DNA of 32,000 nt, from assembly GCF_000013905.1 (NCBI RefSeq), contig NC_007969.1, forward strand, positions 1,980,001 to 2,012,000, in the 5' to 3' direction. A program made the translations under genes and the position numbers. Origin of the DNA: Psychrobacter cryohalolentis K5. Its GTDB lineage: Bacteria > Pseudomonadota > Gammaproteobacteria > Pseudomonadales > Moraxellaceae. The notes beneath the pieces were generated by a model, which saw only the letters and a program-made list of their open reading frames with translations, was not told where the DNA came from and did no database searches. This document shows, piece by piece, positions 8,824 to 17,880 of this stretch (the stretch's first letter is position 1; every line of letters starts with the position of its first letter).

Positions 8824-10026
8824 ATGATTACTTATATTCGCTTTAATAATTTTTACTCTTACTCAGAGTCTACTGAGGTGTCATTCTCTTTGGGTAAGCA
8901 ACCTACTAAGACTGACTATGATTTTTATGTTGATACCACGCAAGACCAGTATCGACTAAATAAAGTCACAGCTGTTCTTGGCGCGAATGGCTCCGGTAAA
9001 ACGCAGCTATTAAAAGCCATTGCTTTTCTTCGTTGGTTTATGTGTGAATCTACTAGCAGCCTTGACTCAGAGCAACCTATTTCTTTTAGCCAATTTGCGC
9101 TAAGTAATGATGAATTTTCTGAATTTGAATTTGGTTTTTTACTTAAAAATGCTGATGGCATTTATGATGAGTATCGCTATGAGCTAACGTTGACACAGCA
9201 TAGCGTGGTTAAAGAGGCATTATACAAAAAGACCAGTAGCCAATTTAGCTATGTATTTATACGTCATCATGACGGTGACAAGCTTAGCTATAAGCATCGT
9301 AACTTTGTCATTCCCTCTTTAGCTGATGATGTGAAAAAAAACGCCTCACTTATCAGCTATGCCAATTTGCTCGATGAGCCATTGGCAGAAGCCATTTTTG
9401 ATATGTTCAATCACTATAAAACTAATGTAGTCTCAATGGGTAGGCTTGGTAGCCTTAGCCAATCTATACCTGAAATGACAGAATTATTTGCTAGAGATGA
9501 TGGTTTAAAACAAACCGCTGAAAAGCTACTTTGTCAGTTCGATACGGGCATCGATGAGATTAATATAAAAAGCGTGATGATGGTAAACGAGGGTAAACAG
9601 CAAGAAGTACTGCTACCTTTTGGTGTTCATAAAGTGGGTGATGAATCATTTGAGCTTATGATTTATGAAGAGTCTAATGGTACACAATCAGCCTATAGCT
9701 TGCTTGGGCTCATATTGCCAGTGCTTAAGAATGGTGGTGTGGCCATTATTGATGAGCTTGATAATGACTTACACCCCCTACTGTTACCTGCCATTTTTGA
9801 TTTGTTTCGCTCATCGCATCATAATCCTCATAATGCTCAGCTTATTTTTAGTTGCCATACCCCTGAGGTGTTCAACTTATTAAACAAGCATCAAATTTAT
9901 TTGGTCGAAAAATACGAGCAAGCTTCAGAATCTTGGCGGCTTGATGAGATGGAAGGGATTCGTAATGATGATAACCTTTATGCAAAATATATGGCTGGCG
10001 CATTTGACGCGATACCAAATCTATAA
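8824..10026 (+). CDS. AAA_21/ABC-type ATPase (AbiLi/RloA-like)
   Basis: Walker A GANGSGKTQLLKAI, Walker B/D-loop VAIIDELDNDLHPLL, and a late FSCHTPE (H-loop-like). The 400-aa size is typical. Confidence 0.85.
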   Translation: MITYIRFNNFYSYSESTEVSFSLGKQPTKTDYDFYVDTTQDQYRLNKVTAVLGANGSGKTQLLKAIAFLRWFMCESTSSLDSEQPISFSQFALSNDEFSEFEFGFLLKNADGIYDEYRYELTLTQHSVVKEALYKKTSSQFSYVFIRHHDGDKLSYKHRNFVIPSLADDVKKNASLISYANLLDEPLAEAIFDMFNHYKTNVVSMGRLGSLSQSIPEMTELFARDDGLKQTAEKLLCQFDTGIDEINIKSVMMVNEGKQQEVLLPFGVHKVGDESFELMIYEESNGTQSAYSLLGLILPVLKNGGVAIIDELDNDLHPLLLPAIFDLFRSSHHNPHNAQLIFSCHTPEVFNLLNKHQIYLVEKYEQASESWRLDEMEGIRNDDNLYAKYMAGAFDAIPNL

Positions 10027-10037
10027 GGGGTTAGATT

Positions 10038-10559
10038 ATGGCAAAGCGCAAACCTACTAGATCCGTCAACAAAACCACCCTACTCGTGATGGGTGAAGGT
10101 GAGCATGACAAGGCATTTTTAAGTCACATGAAAGGTATCTATCATGAAAGGCGCTCTGGCAGTAAAATTACGCTTGATTTTTCGAGTGGTGGCTCTCCAC
10201 ACGATATCATCAAGGACACAGTTAAAAAGAGTCGTCACGTTGATTATGACCAGAAGTTTATTCTGATGGATAGTGATGTTCCTGTTGAGCAACAAGATAT
10301 TAAAGTAGCTAAAGATTCAGGTATCACCATGTTATACTCAACACCACTATGCCTAGAAGGCATGTTGCTTAGCATACTGAAACAGAATATTCCTCATACC
10401 GCGCAAAAGTGTAAGAGTCTGTTGCATCCACAATTATCCGATAATCCAGCGTTACCGAAAAGCTATGATCCCTTATTCGCTAAGCCAGTGCTTGATGGGA
10501 CCAATCATGCCACAGTCGTAACGTTACGCTCATTATTAGGCATTAAACAAAAAAAATAA
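10038..10559 (+). CDS. Small Toprim-like protein (RloB/DUF4276-like partner of the ATPase)
   Basis: Lies 11 nt after the ATPase stop. The N-terminal LLVMGEGEHDKAFLSHM (EGE acidic motif) and the later FILMDSDV (DxD) fit a Toprim fold as in RloB/AbiLii-type partners. Confidence 0.6.
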   Translation: MAKRKPTRSVNKTTLLVMGEGEHDKAFLSHMKGIYHERRSGSKITLDFSSGGSPHDIIKDTVKKSRHVDYDQKFILMDSDVPVEQQDIKVAKDSGITMLYSTPLCLEGMLLSILKQNIPHTAQKCKSLLHPQLSDNPALPKSYDPLFAKPVLDGTNHATVVTLRSLLGIKQKK

Positions 10560-10585
10560 CCGTCTCACTTTTAAGTAAGACGGTT
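10558..10585. terminator. Hairpin between the convergent Toprim-like gene and alpA (possible bidirectional terminator)
   Basis: aaccgtct-cacttttaagta-agacggtt, flanked by an A-run on the left. Confidence 0.5.
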
Positions 10586-10595
10586 CACTTAATAA

Positions 10596-10847
10596 CTAAG
10601 CTGATCTTGCTTCAATTTTTTCATTAATCCACTCTGCAATCTCACTTGCTACCCAAGCTACCCTCACTTGTGTCAGTTGCACCTTTTTAGGGAACGTTGG
10701 ATCATATTGAGCAGAATTTACATCGGCCATTGCATAGATAGTCGAGCGGCTGATACCTGTATATTCTTTAACGGCTTTGAGGCTAAGTAGCTGAGGAATA
10801 TGGTTGCATTGCTCAATAAATGGTTGTGCTATATTTAAGTTTTCCAT
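10596..10847 (-). CDS. alpA: AlpA-family HTH regulator/excisionase
   Basis: 83 aa. LSLKAVKEYTGISRSTIYAMAD...FPKKVQLTQVRVAWVASEIAEWI has the typical Phage_AlpA pattern. Confidence 0.85.
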   Translation of the reverse strand: MENLNIAQPFIEQCNHIPQLLSLKAVKEYTGISRSTIYAMADVNSAQYDPTFPKKVQLTQVRVAWVASEIAEWINEKIEARSA

Positions 10848-10957
10848 GATTATCTCCTTGTGAGTGAATGAGAGCGTCTGTTCTCATACAGTTACGGAGT
10901 CCCATATTTATTTACGGCGTCCTATGCTGTCCTAACGCTTCCCTTATTTAAAGCAAT

Positions 10958-10985
10958 AAAAAAAAGAGCTGGATCATCCAGCTCC
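10958..10985 (-). terminator. Rho-independent terminator downstream of the 11016 gene
   Basis: The minus strand has gagctgga-tga-tccagctc followed by tttttttt. Confidence 0.7.
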
Positions 10986-11015
10986 CTCTTATGTTGCATA
11001 TGAGCTTTAACCACT

Positions 11016-11927
11016 TCAGCTCACAACAGTCACGCTCTGCCGTAGACCTTGTTCAATGCTATTCACGTTATGAGTTACTAACCCATTCTGATAGCTACCC
11101 TGCTGATTGCTACTGACGTCATCTGTCTCAACTGGATAAAACTCTTCAGCGACTTCTGCTAGATCATCAGCATCAATCTCAAAGCATGAATTCACATAGC
11201 CTTGTCTTGCAGCCTGCTCTAATGCAGCCTGATCAAAGCCGTGTTCACTAAGCTCTGCATCTATCGCTTGCGCATCCTGCACCGCTTGCTTAAGTGTCAC
11301 ACCATCACGCAAGGTTAAATCCACAAAGTAAATTGGGGTGCGATAGCTTTGTGTCGTGCTTTTGCCTCTCAAGGTTAATTGCAGTGGCAAGCATGAAAGC
11401 TTATTACCGGATACTGCTGCAAAGTAGCTGAGCCTTGCTGCTAGTGTGCGAATACTATTAAAGCCAGTTGTCCGAAAGATGAATGTGCCCAGCTCATCGT
11501 CCTCAGAGAGATTGGCGTACAGTCTGCCATACGGCTTACAAGCACCGCCTTGCGCCAGTGGACAGCGATCAGGCGATGGGCAGGGATGGCTTTCAACGCC
11601 TTTACTGGTGCGCCGCTGACACTGCTCACCGTCACCGACGCATAGTGGGCGTCCGGTCTGTCTATCAAATAGCGTGTACTCAGCTCGTAGATTAAGCTCA
11701 GGATCGTTAAACAGCATGCGAACTGGTATTTGCCGCAGCTTGCCTTCATTATTTGCGCGTAGCTTTTCATCGAGTGGATGATTGATCCAGCCATCCTTGT
11801 TTTGAACTTGGCTGGTAATCGTAAATTGATCGTCTTTAGCAGGTAAGCGTTTGCCATCTTTTACAATGACACGCCCAATGCTGATACGACCTAAAACTGG
11901 CGGGGTAATAGTGAGACCTTTAATCAT
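11016..11927 (-). CDS. Conserved island protein with a Cys-rich putative metal-binding centre (often annotated 'hydrolase or metal-binding protein')
   Basis: I chose the start at the ATG at 11927 (MIKGLTITPPVLGRISIGR), 7 nt after AAGGAA. The longer track ORF would overlap the terminator of the upstream gene. The Cys cluster reads CVGDGEQCQRR...HPCPSPDRCPLAQGGACKPYGRL. Confidence 0.65.
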   Translation of the reverse strand: MIKGLTITPPVLGRISIGRVIVKDGKRLPAKDDQFTITSQVQNKDGWINHPLDEKLRANNEGKLRQIPVRMLFNDPELNLRAEYTLFDRQTGRPLCVGDGEQCQRRTSKGVESHPCPSPDRCPLAQGGACKPYGRLYANLSEDDELGTFIFRTTGFNSIRTLAARLSYFAAVSGNKLSCLPLQLTLRGKSTTQSYRTPIYFVDLTLRDGVTLKQAVQDAQAIDAELSEHGFDQAALEQAARQGYVNSCFEIDADDLAEVAEEFYPVETDDVSSNQQGSYQNGLVTHNVNSIEQGLRQSVTVVS

Positions 11928-11960
11928 GGTGATATTCCTTTTGTGTTTTATTTTAGCCAT

Positions 11961-11987
11961 AAAAAAGCCCACCTGTGATAGGTGGGC
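11961..11987 (-). terminator. Rho-independent terminator after the YqaJ gene
   Basis: The minus strand has gcccacct-atcac-aggtgggc followed by tttttt. Confidence 0.7.
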
Positions 11988-12051
11988 GGTTATGCGCGTA
12001 TTTGATTGAGTGGATTAATTTATGGATTATGATTGATGACGGATTATTGGC

Positions 12052-13176
12052 TCAGTTATCGTTAAGGATGACAAAGCGACGACTGCCTTGACGGGTTTTA
12101 CTAAACTGCTCGAGCAACTCAGGATGCGCTTTGGTTAGTGCTTTACTATCAAGACTGACACTGTCTTTAGAGCGCTTCCAAGAGATAGCGCCTTTCTTAA
12201 ATACCGCAATCTCATTGTCTTGAATTAAGCTTTGCAGTTGATGCTTCACTTGGTCATGACGCTGCTCTAACTCTTGCATATAGTCACGGTAGCTAAGCAA
12301 TTGCTCAAACAGTTTATTAGCACCGTCATCATCCGTTAGATCAACTTTGCTTGAGGGCTCAGGGGTTGGATAAAGCTGTTTTAATGCTCTTGCTGCGGAT
12401 TCCGAATGATCAGGAGTTGGAGGCGTGTCCGTTGCTACGTATTGCCAGAACAGATGCTCATGCTCCATGATGGATGCAATCAAGTATTCATCACGCTCAA
12501 CTTTATAAATCTTCGCTTCGTGTCCACAAAGCAGAACGCAAATATGCGCCGCAGCTTTACCCGTGACCGCCAGTTGATGTTGTACTTGGCAAGTGACATA
12601 GAGCGGTACGCCATGCTTCCATAGCTTGGCACCATGTTCACCAGCAGTTTTACATTCCAGTATCTGTACCTCGTCATTACCAGTGATTGCATAGTCTAAG
12701 TTCGCCAGCATAAATGGCTGCTCAGGATGCTGCAAGATGGCATTGACGCGGCGCACCTTATTGCCGGTATGCTCTTGATAGTATTTAGCGACCATCGGCT
12801 CTAAGGTATTGCCCCAATACAATGGCGAGTACCCTTCGATGCTCTCATCGATATCAGAGTCGATACGACCGGTCTTAATCATCCATAGCTCCAGCATAGA
12901 CAAATAAGGATGGATACCACAAGCGGCAGCAGCATCAGAGCTGCCAATACCTTGTCTGCGTACTTGTAGCCAGTCCTCATGGCTCAAAGATTTGGTATTG
13001 ACCAAACGTTTAGCAGTGGTTGATTGATGAGCAGACGGCTTAACGGGTTTGCTCTCTAGCTTGGACTTCGGCATATCTTCGATACCATGCTTAGTCTTTA
13101 TTGGCGTCTTAATCTTAACAGTAGTGCGCTTGGTGTGTCTTGGCTGAGTCGTCGTGTTTAATGCGATCATGTTCAT
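12052..13176 (-). CDS. YqaJ-like viral recombinase/exonuclease domain protein with a basic N-terminal extension
   Basis: RRQGIGSSDAAAACGIHPYLSMLELWMIKTG is the hallmark YqaJ N-motif. Later acidic/Lys motifs (ILECKTAG) fit a PD-(D/E)xK exonuclease. Confidence 0.85.
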   Translation of the reverse strand: MNMIALNTTTQPRHTKRTTVKIKTPIKTKHGIEDMPKSKLESKPVKPSAHQSTTAKRLVNTKSLSHEDWLQVRRQGIGSSDAAAACGIHPYLSMLELWMIKTGRIDSDIDESIEGYSPLYWGNTLEPMVAKYYQEHTGNKVRRVNAILQHPEQPFMLANLDYAITGNDEVQILECKTAGEHGAKLWKHGVPLYVTCQVQHQLAVTGKAAAHICVLLCGHEAKIYKVERDEYLIASIMEHEHLFWQYVATDTPPTPDHSESAARALKQLYPTPEPSSKVDLTDDDGANKLFEQLLSYRDYMQELEQRHDQVKHQLQSLIQDNEIAVFKKGAISWKRSKDSVSLDSKALTKAHPELLEQFSKTRQGSRRFVILNDN

Positions 13177-13234
13177 AGTGAATTCCTTCGTTAGATTGGT
13201 TATGGGTTAATACTGTTTATTAAAAAGGCGACAT

Positions 13235-13261
13235 AAAAAAACCACGCTCAAGGGCGTGGTT
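13235..13261 (-). terminator. Rho-independent terminator after the DUF932 gene
   Basis: The minus strand has aaccacgcc-cttga-gcgtggtt followed by ttttt. Confidence 0.7.
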
Positions 13262-13292
13262 GATTGTATTGTCAGGTTTTAAACGTCGATAG

Positions 13293-14285
13293 TTAGGCCA
13301 GCATCAGTAGCGATTCCTCTAAGCCCTTTTGCTTAAGCTTAGCGCCAGAGCCAAACCAAGCGCCATCTAATCGATGGTCTCTAGACATCGCCCTACGTTC
13401 ATGATCAACGTACTCCGTAATGCTGCACAGCAAACCGTAAGCCGTATCACGAGCGGCGTCGAGTGTGGCACCGCGTCCTTGACCGTTAAACATCTGCATC
13501 ACTTGATTCATCGCTTTAGCATTAGGCACAGCGTCTTTCTCTTTCTTAGCACGGTTAAATAAAATGATGTCATTGTCCTGATCATTGAATACACGGCTAA
13601 GATAATTGGCTGCTTCTGCTTGGGTGACACGGCGCTCTGATAGCTGCTTCATCTCATAAGCGTGCTCATCCCATTGTTTGACGGATACACCTAATTGCTG
13701 CTTAACCTTATCGGCATCAAAGGAGGTGGAATGCGGTACTTTCACCATGCCGCCATTGCCGTTGGCAAGGCTGATCGCTAGAGTGTTATTACAGACCACA
13801 CGAATAGAGGTGAACTGAGCAGTAGTCGCTAACGTCCCATCACAAGCCGTTGCCAGCAAGAGATAGCCATTACTGACATCTTTACCTTTAAGCGTTGCTG
13901 ACTGGCCTGTACGTGCTAATGCCCATAGCTTACGCCCGCCCTTTAGAACACCTGCGGTCTCAAGCTCAAAGTCCGATTGCTCGGTAAGATCACGATAGAA
14001 TTCTAAAATCTCACGCGGCTGTACTTCCTGATAGCGCTGGCTAACAACAGATAACGGCTCAAAGTTATCGCTACGGTACAACACCTTTTGCTCAGCAAAG
14101 GGCAGAATCAGATTGTGCCCTTTATCATTACTAGCCATGTAGCTGACGTCCGATGATTCAATACGCCAGTCCATACCTGCTTGCTTTGCCCAGATCTCGA
14201 TAGGCTGCTTGGGAGCCAGCTCGTTTCCAAGACCGTGCCAGGGCGTGTCACCGACGTAGGCAATTGATTCTAATAAATGTGCCAT
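13293..14285 (-). CDS. DUF932 (phage/plasmid-like protein, TIGR03299-type)
   Basis: 330 aa. The N-terminus MAHLLESIAYVGDTPWHGLGNEL and overall length are typical of DUF932 proteins of integrative elements. Confidence 0.8.
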   Translation of the reverse strand: MAHLLESIAYVGDTPWHGLGNELAPKQPIEIWAKQAGMDWRIESSDVSYMASNDKGHNLILPFAEQKVLYRSDNFEPLSVVSQRYQEVQPREILEFYRDLTEQSDFELETAGVLKGGRKLWALARTGQSATLKGKDVSNGYLLLATACDGTLATTAQFTSIRVVCNNTLAISLANGNGGMVKVPHSTSFDADKVKQQLGVSVKQWDEHAYEMKQLSERRVTQAEAANYLSRVFNDQDNDIILFNRAKKEKDAVPNAKAMNQVMQMFNGQGRGATLDAARDTAYGLLCSITEYVDHERRAMSRDHRLDGAWFGSGAKLKQKGLEESLLMLA

Positions 14286-14335
14286 TATAATTTTTCCTTT
14301 TAGATTTGATTATGAGTATTGGTTATAGGGGTGCT

Positions 14336-14626
14336 TTAGATGGTGAAGGTTCTTGAGCAGGTATTGCAGGTATAACTAGGCTTTACTGCCAAAACGAGTA
14401 AGGGTGGCTGCTGTAGCTTGTCTTTAGCCAAGCTGATTGCAGAAGCAAGCGCCGTGCCTACGACCACACCGATTGCTGAATTGATTTTGTAGTACCTACA
14501 GATGCTTACACCAAGACCTGATAGGGCAGATTGTGAGCACAGTTGCTCGAAGATATTAAAGGGGCTGTCAGTATCCGTATTGCTTTTTACGTTCGCTGAA
14601 TGACAGTGTGGGCAGATCGGTCTCAT
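14336..14626 (-). CDS. Small hypothetical protein with a split zinc ribbon (CPHC...CNTC) and a central hydrophobic segment
   Basis: 96-aa ORF with CxxC pairs at both ends and the hydrophobic stretch AIGVVVGTALASAISLA in the middle. Confidence 0.5.
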   Translation of the reverse strand: MRPICPHCHSANVKSNTDTDSPFNIFEQLCSQSALSGLGVSICRYYKINSAIGVVVGTALASAISLAKDKLQQPPLLVLAVKPSYTCNTCSRTFTI

Positions 14627-14652
14627 AAATTGCTCCTTTTTCGATTGCGCAT

Positions 14653-14681
14653 AAAAAAGGCCTGCAATTAAGCAGACCTTT
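14653..14681 (-). terminator. Rho-independent terminator after the Gp2/YfjJ-like gene
   Basis: The minus-strand RNA folds as AAAGGUCUGC-UUAAUU-GCAGGCCUUU, with one U-G wobble, followed by UUUU. Confidence 0.65.
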
Positions 14682-14760
14682 GATTAGGATGAATTAGGGT
14701 TAAACAGACAGGTAAGCTAGGCTTCATGTCTTATCTCATAGGGATAGTATATACCTGAGA

Positions 14761-15675
14761 TTATTTTACTATGGGCGGTAGTCCGCGACGTTTAGAGGTT
14801 CTATAAATACCATGACCAAAGGTGCGCATGTTTGGTAGCCACAGTTTAAGTTGCTGCTCATCTTTACTTGGCTTAGTTAAATATAAAGCTGAAGCTATAG
14901 CGTTTTCGACTTCCTGAGGGTTATCACGATGAATCATGCCGATACCTAATTTGCCGTATTGTTGGTACTTCTGCTTACGCTCTGGATCGTGGTAGTTATA
15001 GTACTCACCTAAACCCGCTGTAATCATTTTCCATTTTTCACCAATCTCTTTAGCTAGATACCAGTCATTGTCCCTTTTCGAGCCATCGAACATCAACAGT
15101 AAATGACAGTGTAATCCACCGTTCACTCCTCCTTGCTCAACTGCCCAAGCATTGCCATGCAAATGCTCAAAGCAAGTTTTCTTATTACCGATAAGCTCCC
15201 GTAGCTTATTCATGTGATCATCAAAGTTCTCGATAGATACATGGTGGCTCGTCTGCTGTGCGTATTTTAAATCGATACGCACAAATAGTAGTCTTGAGTA
15301 GTGAGTAGTGAGATTACCTACGTAATTCGCTAAATTATTTCTATTTTGCGACTCCTGATAGCTAAACGTAATGCGTTCACGCTCAATATCATTTCTATAG
15401 CAGGATAACGTAGCGATAAACCGCTGGGTTTTATCATGATCCCAGACGACGTCAATTGGATATGATTCACCAACTATAGCGTTGGTGCTATATACAAATG
15501 CGACAACCGGCTGTGAATAAAATAGCTCAGTATTGAAGTGTGTCATGAACGGATAATACAATCCGTTCAGTTGAGTTTTGACATCATCAAAGCTTATGGT
15601 ATTTGCCAATATGGCTGTGACCAGATTATGGACATTAGCAACAACTTGAGGTTGGTTGAAGTTTGAATACGGCAT
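14761..15675 (-). CDS. Inovirus Gp2-type / YagK-YfjJ family protein
   Basis: 304 aa. LLFVRIDLKY, GGLHCHLLLMFDG and the C-terminal LYLTKPSK region match the YfjJ/YagK family seen in CP4-like islands. Confidence 0.78.
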   Translation of the reverse strand: MPYSNFNQPQVVANVHNLVTAILANTISFDDVKTQLNGLYYPFMTHFNTELFYSQPVVAFVYSTNAIVGESYPIDVVWDHDKTQRFIATLSCYRNDIERERITFSYQESQNRNNLANYVGNLTTHYSRLLFVRIDLKYAQQTSHHVSIENFDDHMNKLRELIGNKKTCFEHLHGNAWAVEQGGVNGGLHCHLLLMFDGSKRDNDWYLAKEIGEKWKMITAGLGEYYNYHDPERKQKYQQYGKLGIGMIHRDNPQEVENAIASALYLTKPSKDEQQLKLWLPNMRTFGHGIYRTSKRRGLPPIVK

Positions 15676-15739
15676 GATTGTGATCCTATTAAGTTAATGT
15701 TCATAGGGTCAGGTCAGTCCGTATTTTTATAATGTTGGC

Positions 15740-15762
15740 TGCTGAGAGGTCAGCTCTCAGCA
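15740..15762. promoter_or_regulatory. 9-bp inverted repeat upstream of the Gp2/YfjJ-like gene (possible operator)
   Basis: tgctgagag-gtcag-ctctcagca. No T-run follows on either strand. Confidence 0.35.
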
Positions 15763-15997
15763 TTAGAATAAAGCACCTAGTATATTCAATAATATAAATA
15801 ACCCACTAAGCATGAGCTGCTGTAGTGCAGCTATTTTCCAACTAGCATTGGAGAATGACGTAAGGACTAATTGGAAATTGCCTTATGCTACAAGCCGATG
15901 GTTTGAATGGAGTTAGCATTTTTAGATATGTAACATTTTAGGTATGTTTTATAAGCTCAAGCTCTTATTCTGTGGTAGGATACCTTGAGAATACAAT

Positions 15998-16030
15998 ACG
16001 TTTTAATAACGTTTTAATAACGTTTTAATT
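15998..16030. repeat. Three perfect-to-near-perfect tandem 11-bp repeats (ACGTTTTAATA x2, ACGTTTTAATT)
   Basis: Read directly from the sequence, 53-85 bp upstream of the ATG at 16083. Confidence 0.9.
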
Positions 16031-16082
16031 GCCATTTTTTAGTTAACTAAAGTCTGGTTTTTATTATTTTGGAGATAGAAAG

Positions 16083-17681
16083 ATGAGTGAAGCTGAGGCT
16101 CGAACTGAAGTTAAGCGGTTAAATCGGACTCAAAAAAATGCAGAATATATCGAAAAGAAGATCAATAGTCTTAGTTTTTATAGCGCCTATTGGTGTTTAT
16201 TTGAATTGCGATCTTTATATGCACTCTCTGAAAAACAGATTTTAAGAGACGACACTCGCGTTAAATCAAAGTTAATTCATATCTTAAAAAAGGCAAACTG
16301 TAACCCTAAAAAATTGGATGAAATCTTACAGACGAGCGCTGACGAAAGCATACCTCTATCCTACGTCAGATGGTTTTATGAAGACGACAGAGCGGCTTTA
16401 TGGATAAATATGGTTTTGAAAAAATATAATGCAGCGAGCGATTATATACAAACAAAATCAGACATTGCGATTTTTGCCCATAACCTTATTTTCAATTCAA
16501 ATATTCGTATTTCAGGAAGAGAAATTCATATAGGGTCTGATTCTTACAACGACGCTTTAGTACTGAATAAAAAACAAGTTTTAGGTTTTTTAGAACAAGC
16601 TTACGTTCGTAGTAAAGTTGGCTTAGGGAAAACAAAATGGATGGATAGTCGCAATGATATTCAGGTTAATCATTTATACCAGTATATGCAAAAACCCTGC
16701 GAACTTATTAAGCTAAACGTTGTTACGTTCAGTCCTAGCCAAGCTTTGATTTGTGCTGATACTATTGCTATAAAAGAATCAGATAGGGTTAGTAGGCTTA
16801 ACCATATGCTGGCTTCACTAGATTATTGGATGTTTGATACTTATTGGTTTAATGAAGATGGTGTCGTGCTAGGCAAGGACAATAACAGAAGTAAGTTTCT
16901 AGAGATGATGAAGAATGTCTCCAATTCAAAAGCTAACCGTATTAACGATAAAAATATAAAGAAAAAAGGCTTAGTACTTACCAGTGCAAACAAGAAAACC
17001 CTCAGTCTGATTGCTAAAAGACAAGGTAAAACTCGAGCGCAAATGCTTAACGATATCGTTGCCAGCTACAACCAAACTTTTTTCTCCGAAGTACCTAAAA
17101 CCACTAGAGCTACTGGTGCTTATATAACGGGCGACTATGGAAAACCATATACAGACACATTTGAAACGCAGCAAAGCCTAAAAGCTAAACAGGCTAGCTC
17201 TGAGACTATGTTAGTAGATAGTGATAGCGAGGAGAATACAGAAGATGTTCCTGGCACTGATATATTAGAACCAGCAACAGGCATTGAACGTAAAAACCGC
17301 AAGTGTGTTGAATATGCTGAGATTGATGAATGCGTTAAGAACGATGAGCAAATCGAGAATGACAAGCAAGTCAAAAATGCTAAACCAAAGGATTTCGATA
17401 ATCGATGTAAAAACTTAGAAGACGCTGATAATAGTGCTACTGGCAAATTAACAGATGAACTCATTCTTGCTATCACTCCAAGCAAAAACATTGATACACC
17501 TGTAGACATCTCTACAATTGAAACTGTACAGCCTGTGACTAGCTCACATGATACTGAACATATTTCAGCTTCAGATGAGAATCTTCACAACATTGATGAT
17601 AAAATATATGATGACGATCCTTTTTTGATAAACGCCAGGCTTATAAGCAAAAGGCTGGAAGAACATAAGCAAACCAATTAG
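16083..17681 (+). CDS. Hypothetical 532-aa protein with an acidic, low-complexity C-terminal third
   Basis: Long ORF preceded by GGAGATAGAAAG. The internal segment KKTLSLIAKRQGKTRAQMLNDIVASY looks ribbon-helix-helix-like. I recognise no family. Confidence 0.7.
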   Translation: MSEAEARTEVKRLNRTQKNAEYIEKKINSLSFYSAYWCLFELRSLYALSEKQILRDDTRVKSKLIHILKKANCNPKKLDEILQTSADESIPLSYVRWFYEDDRAALWINMVLKKYNAASDYIQTKSDIAIFAHNLIFNSNIRISGREIHIGSDSYNDALVLNKKQVLGFLEQAYVRSKVGLGKTKWMDSRNDIQVNHLYQYMQKPCELIKLNVVTFSPSQALICADTIAIKESDRVSRLNHMLASLDYWMFDTYWFNEDGVVLGKDNNRSKFLEMMKNVSNSKANRINDKNIKKKGLVLTSANKKTLSLIAKRQGKTRAQMLNDIVASYNQTFFSEVPKTTRATGAYITGDYGKPYTDTFETQQSLKAKQASSETMLVDSDSEENTEDVPGTDILEPATGIERKNRKCVEYAEIDECVKNDEQIENDKQVKNAKPKDFDNRCKNLEDADNSATGKLTDELILAITPSKNIDTPVDISTIETVQPVTSSHDTEHISASDENLHNIDDKIYDDDPFLINARLISKRLEEHKQTN

Positions 17682-17849
17682 TACTGATAGTAAAGCTATC
17701 AGATCTCTGTTACGAAATTACTATAAAACTGAAAAACTAATCTTAAGTATACTCACAAGTATACCGAACTATACTTCTAAATATTTATCCTTATATATCA
17801 AATACTTAATATCATACTACCGTTCCGGCTCCGGGTACCATTATATTGA

Positions 17850-17880
17850 AAGGCTTCCAAGAAATTGGAAGCCTTTTTCT
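17850..17880 (+). terminator. Rho-independent terminator
   Basis: aaggcttcca-agaaat-tggaagcctt followed by tttct. Confidence 0.7.

Noticed and set aside
11441-11857. 138-aa same-strand overlapping ORF, plus 11483-11695(+)
   Set aside because: They are embedded in the better-supported 11016-11927 gene, with no independent start signals.
16971-17509. Antisense ORFs 16971-17174(-) and 17135-17509(-)
   Set aside because: They lie opposite the acidic low-complexity part of the 532-aa gene. This is a typical antisense artefact.
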